64,000 bases of DNA from an uncultured delta proteobacterium. GTDB taxonomy: Bacteria > Desulfobacterota > Syntrophobacteria > Syntrophobacterales > Syntrophobacteraceae. This document shows, piece by piece, positions 62,462 through 64,000 of the stretch (positions within the stretch are counted from its first letter, which is position 1; every line of letters starts with the position of its first letter). Under the pieces are notes generated by a model. The model was not told the DNA's origin. It searched no databases and was given only the letters and a program-made list of their open reading frames with translations. The stretch is taken from the NCBI GenBank assembly GCA_963808625.1, contig CAWEHK010000029.1:171235-235234 (forward strand). The letters are read 5' to 3'. A program made the position numbers and the translations under genes.

Positions 62462-64000
62462 TCAGCTGCCGGGACGTTTGCGCGGCTGACGCATCAGCGC
62501 GACGTTCGGATCGAAGAAGCGCTGGATTTCGGCGAACGGCAGCGGCTTGGAGAAGTAGTACCCCTGGCCGTATTCGCAGTCGTGTTCGCTGAGGAATTTC
62601 AGCTGTTCGGTGGTTTCCACGCCTTTTCGGCGACGACGACGAGGCTGAGCCGGTGTGCCATGGAAATCACCGCGGCGGTAATCGCCATATCGTCGGCATT
62701 GGCGGGAATGTCCATGACGAACGAGCGGTCGATCTTCACGCGTCGATCGGGAAACGCTGCAGGTAGTTGAGCGATGAGTAGCCGGTGCCGAAGTCGTCGA
62801 TCGCGAGTTTATGCCGAGGTTCGTGAGCCGGCGCACATGCGCGGCGGCTTCGACATCCTCCATCAGCATGTCTCGGTGATTTCGAACTCGAGTTGCGCCG
62901 GGTCGATGCCTGATTTCGCGAATGCCTCCTCGACGGTTTGACCAGATTCGGTCGCGGAACTGCCGTGTCGAAATGTTCACTGCCACCTGGATCGGCGCCC
63001 CCGTATGCGGATGAGGTCGCGTGCGGCGACGCAGGCCTTCGGATGACCCATCGACCGATGTCGATGATGACGCCGGACTCCTCGGCGATGGGTGATGAAC
63101 TCGCCTGGCGCGAGGAGACCCAGTTCCGGATGCTGCCAGCGCAGGAGTGCACTCGAAGCCCACGATTTCCGCTGGTCGGCGCACGTCGTACCTTCGGCTG
63201 GTAGTGCAGCGCGAATTCGCTCTCGCGCTCGAGCGCGCGGCGGAGTTCGTTCTCGGTTCGCAGCCTGCGCGTTGCGCTGGGGAGGTTGAAGTTCCTCGGC
63301 TGTAGTACTGGTAGTTGTTGCGGCCCTGCTCCTTTGCCGGGTACATGGCCAGGTCGGCGTTTTTCAACAACAGGTTGGGATCGTGTACCTGGTCGTTCGG
63401 GGATCAGCGTGATGCCAATGCTCGTCTGTGACCACGAGGTCGTGCCCGGTCAACATGCACCGGCGCGCGCAGTGCCTGCTAGGATGCGTGGGGCGCGACG
63501 TCGGCCGCTGAGCGATGGGCGAGTCGATGTTGCTGAAAAGTAGAATGGCTGAACTCGTCGCCGCCAGTGCGCGCGACGGTGTCGACGCCGCGAACGCACT
63601 GCAGGGAGCCGGCTGGCAACCTCGCGCAACAGCAGATCGCCGGAGTCGTGCCCCAGGGTATCGTTGACGCGCTTGAACTGGTCGAGGTCAAGGTACAGGA
63701 GCCCGGCTTTCATTGGTGCTGGTTCGCGTTCGCGATTGCCAAGTCGACGGCGAACGACAGCCGTTCGTTGAACAGTCGCCGGTTGGCGAGATCCGTCAGC
63801 GTGTCGTAGAAGGCCAGGCGCTCCATCGCTCTGCTGGCTGTGCTTCATCTCGGTGATGTCGGCGATCTGCATGATGCAGTACAACGGCTCTCCCGAGGCA
63901 GTGCGCTGCAGCACGATGTGCACGGTCGTCCAGATCTCGATGCCGTCTTGGCGCAGCGCATGCGCCGCTCGGAGCGGAACACGCTGCCCGAGCGATACTG
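62462..64000 (-). CDS. PAS-GGDEF-EAL diguanylate cyclase/phosphodiesterase, 5' end outside the window (heavily frameshifted)
   Basis: DLDQFKRVNDTLGH, GGDEF, ADLAMY, IDDFGTGYSSL and QGYYFSKP motifs. Confidence 0.85.

Overview
The window joins two unrelated sequences at about 52,500. Bases 1-52,497 look like a Desulfobacterota chromosome (Syntrophobacterales-like; this is inferred from gene content). The first 20 kb hold housekeeping genes: gltX, tRNA-Val and tRNA-Asp, nudC, an ABC peptide-binding protein, an IMPase and an M24 peptidase. A ~30 kb, mostly minus-strand Wzy-type exopolysaccharide locus follows (Wzy/O-antigen ligase, GT-C/GT2/flippase cassette, GT4s, WecB, WecA, OM barrel, Wza, Wzc). 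It is interrupted by many toxin-antitoxin and accessory genes and ends in a cohesin-CTERM-dockerin gene plus a free dockerin gene. The intergenic DNA holds (i) many 7-bp tandem arrays, two of which bracket four-helix-bundle (IVP-family) genes as inverted arrays and one of which sits inside the wza signal peptide, and (ii) a ~150-bp MITE/REP-doublet family, one copy of which splits hicA and duplicates a TTA target. Bases ~52,498-64,000 are very GC-rich and heavily frameshifted. They encode two Rieske oxygenases, two carotenoid/stilbene cleavage oxygenases, a truncated hemoglobin, an (R)-amine-transaminase-like enzyme, two TetRs and a GGDEF-EAL protein. Most single-base frameshifts are probably sequencing errors. 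All calls come from motif recognition by eye; no database searches were run.
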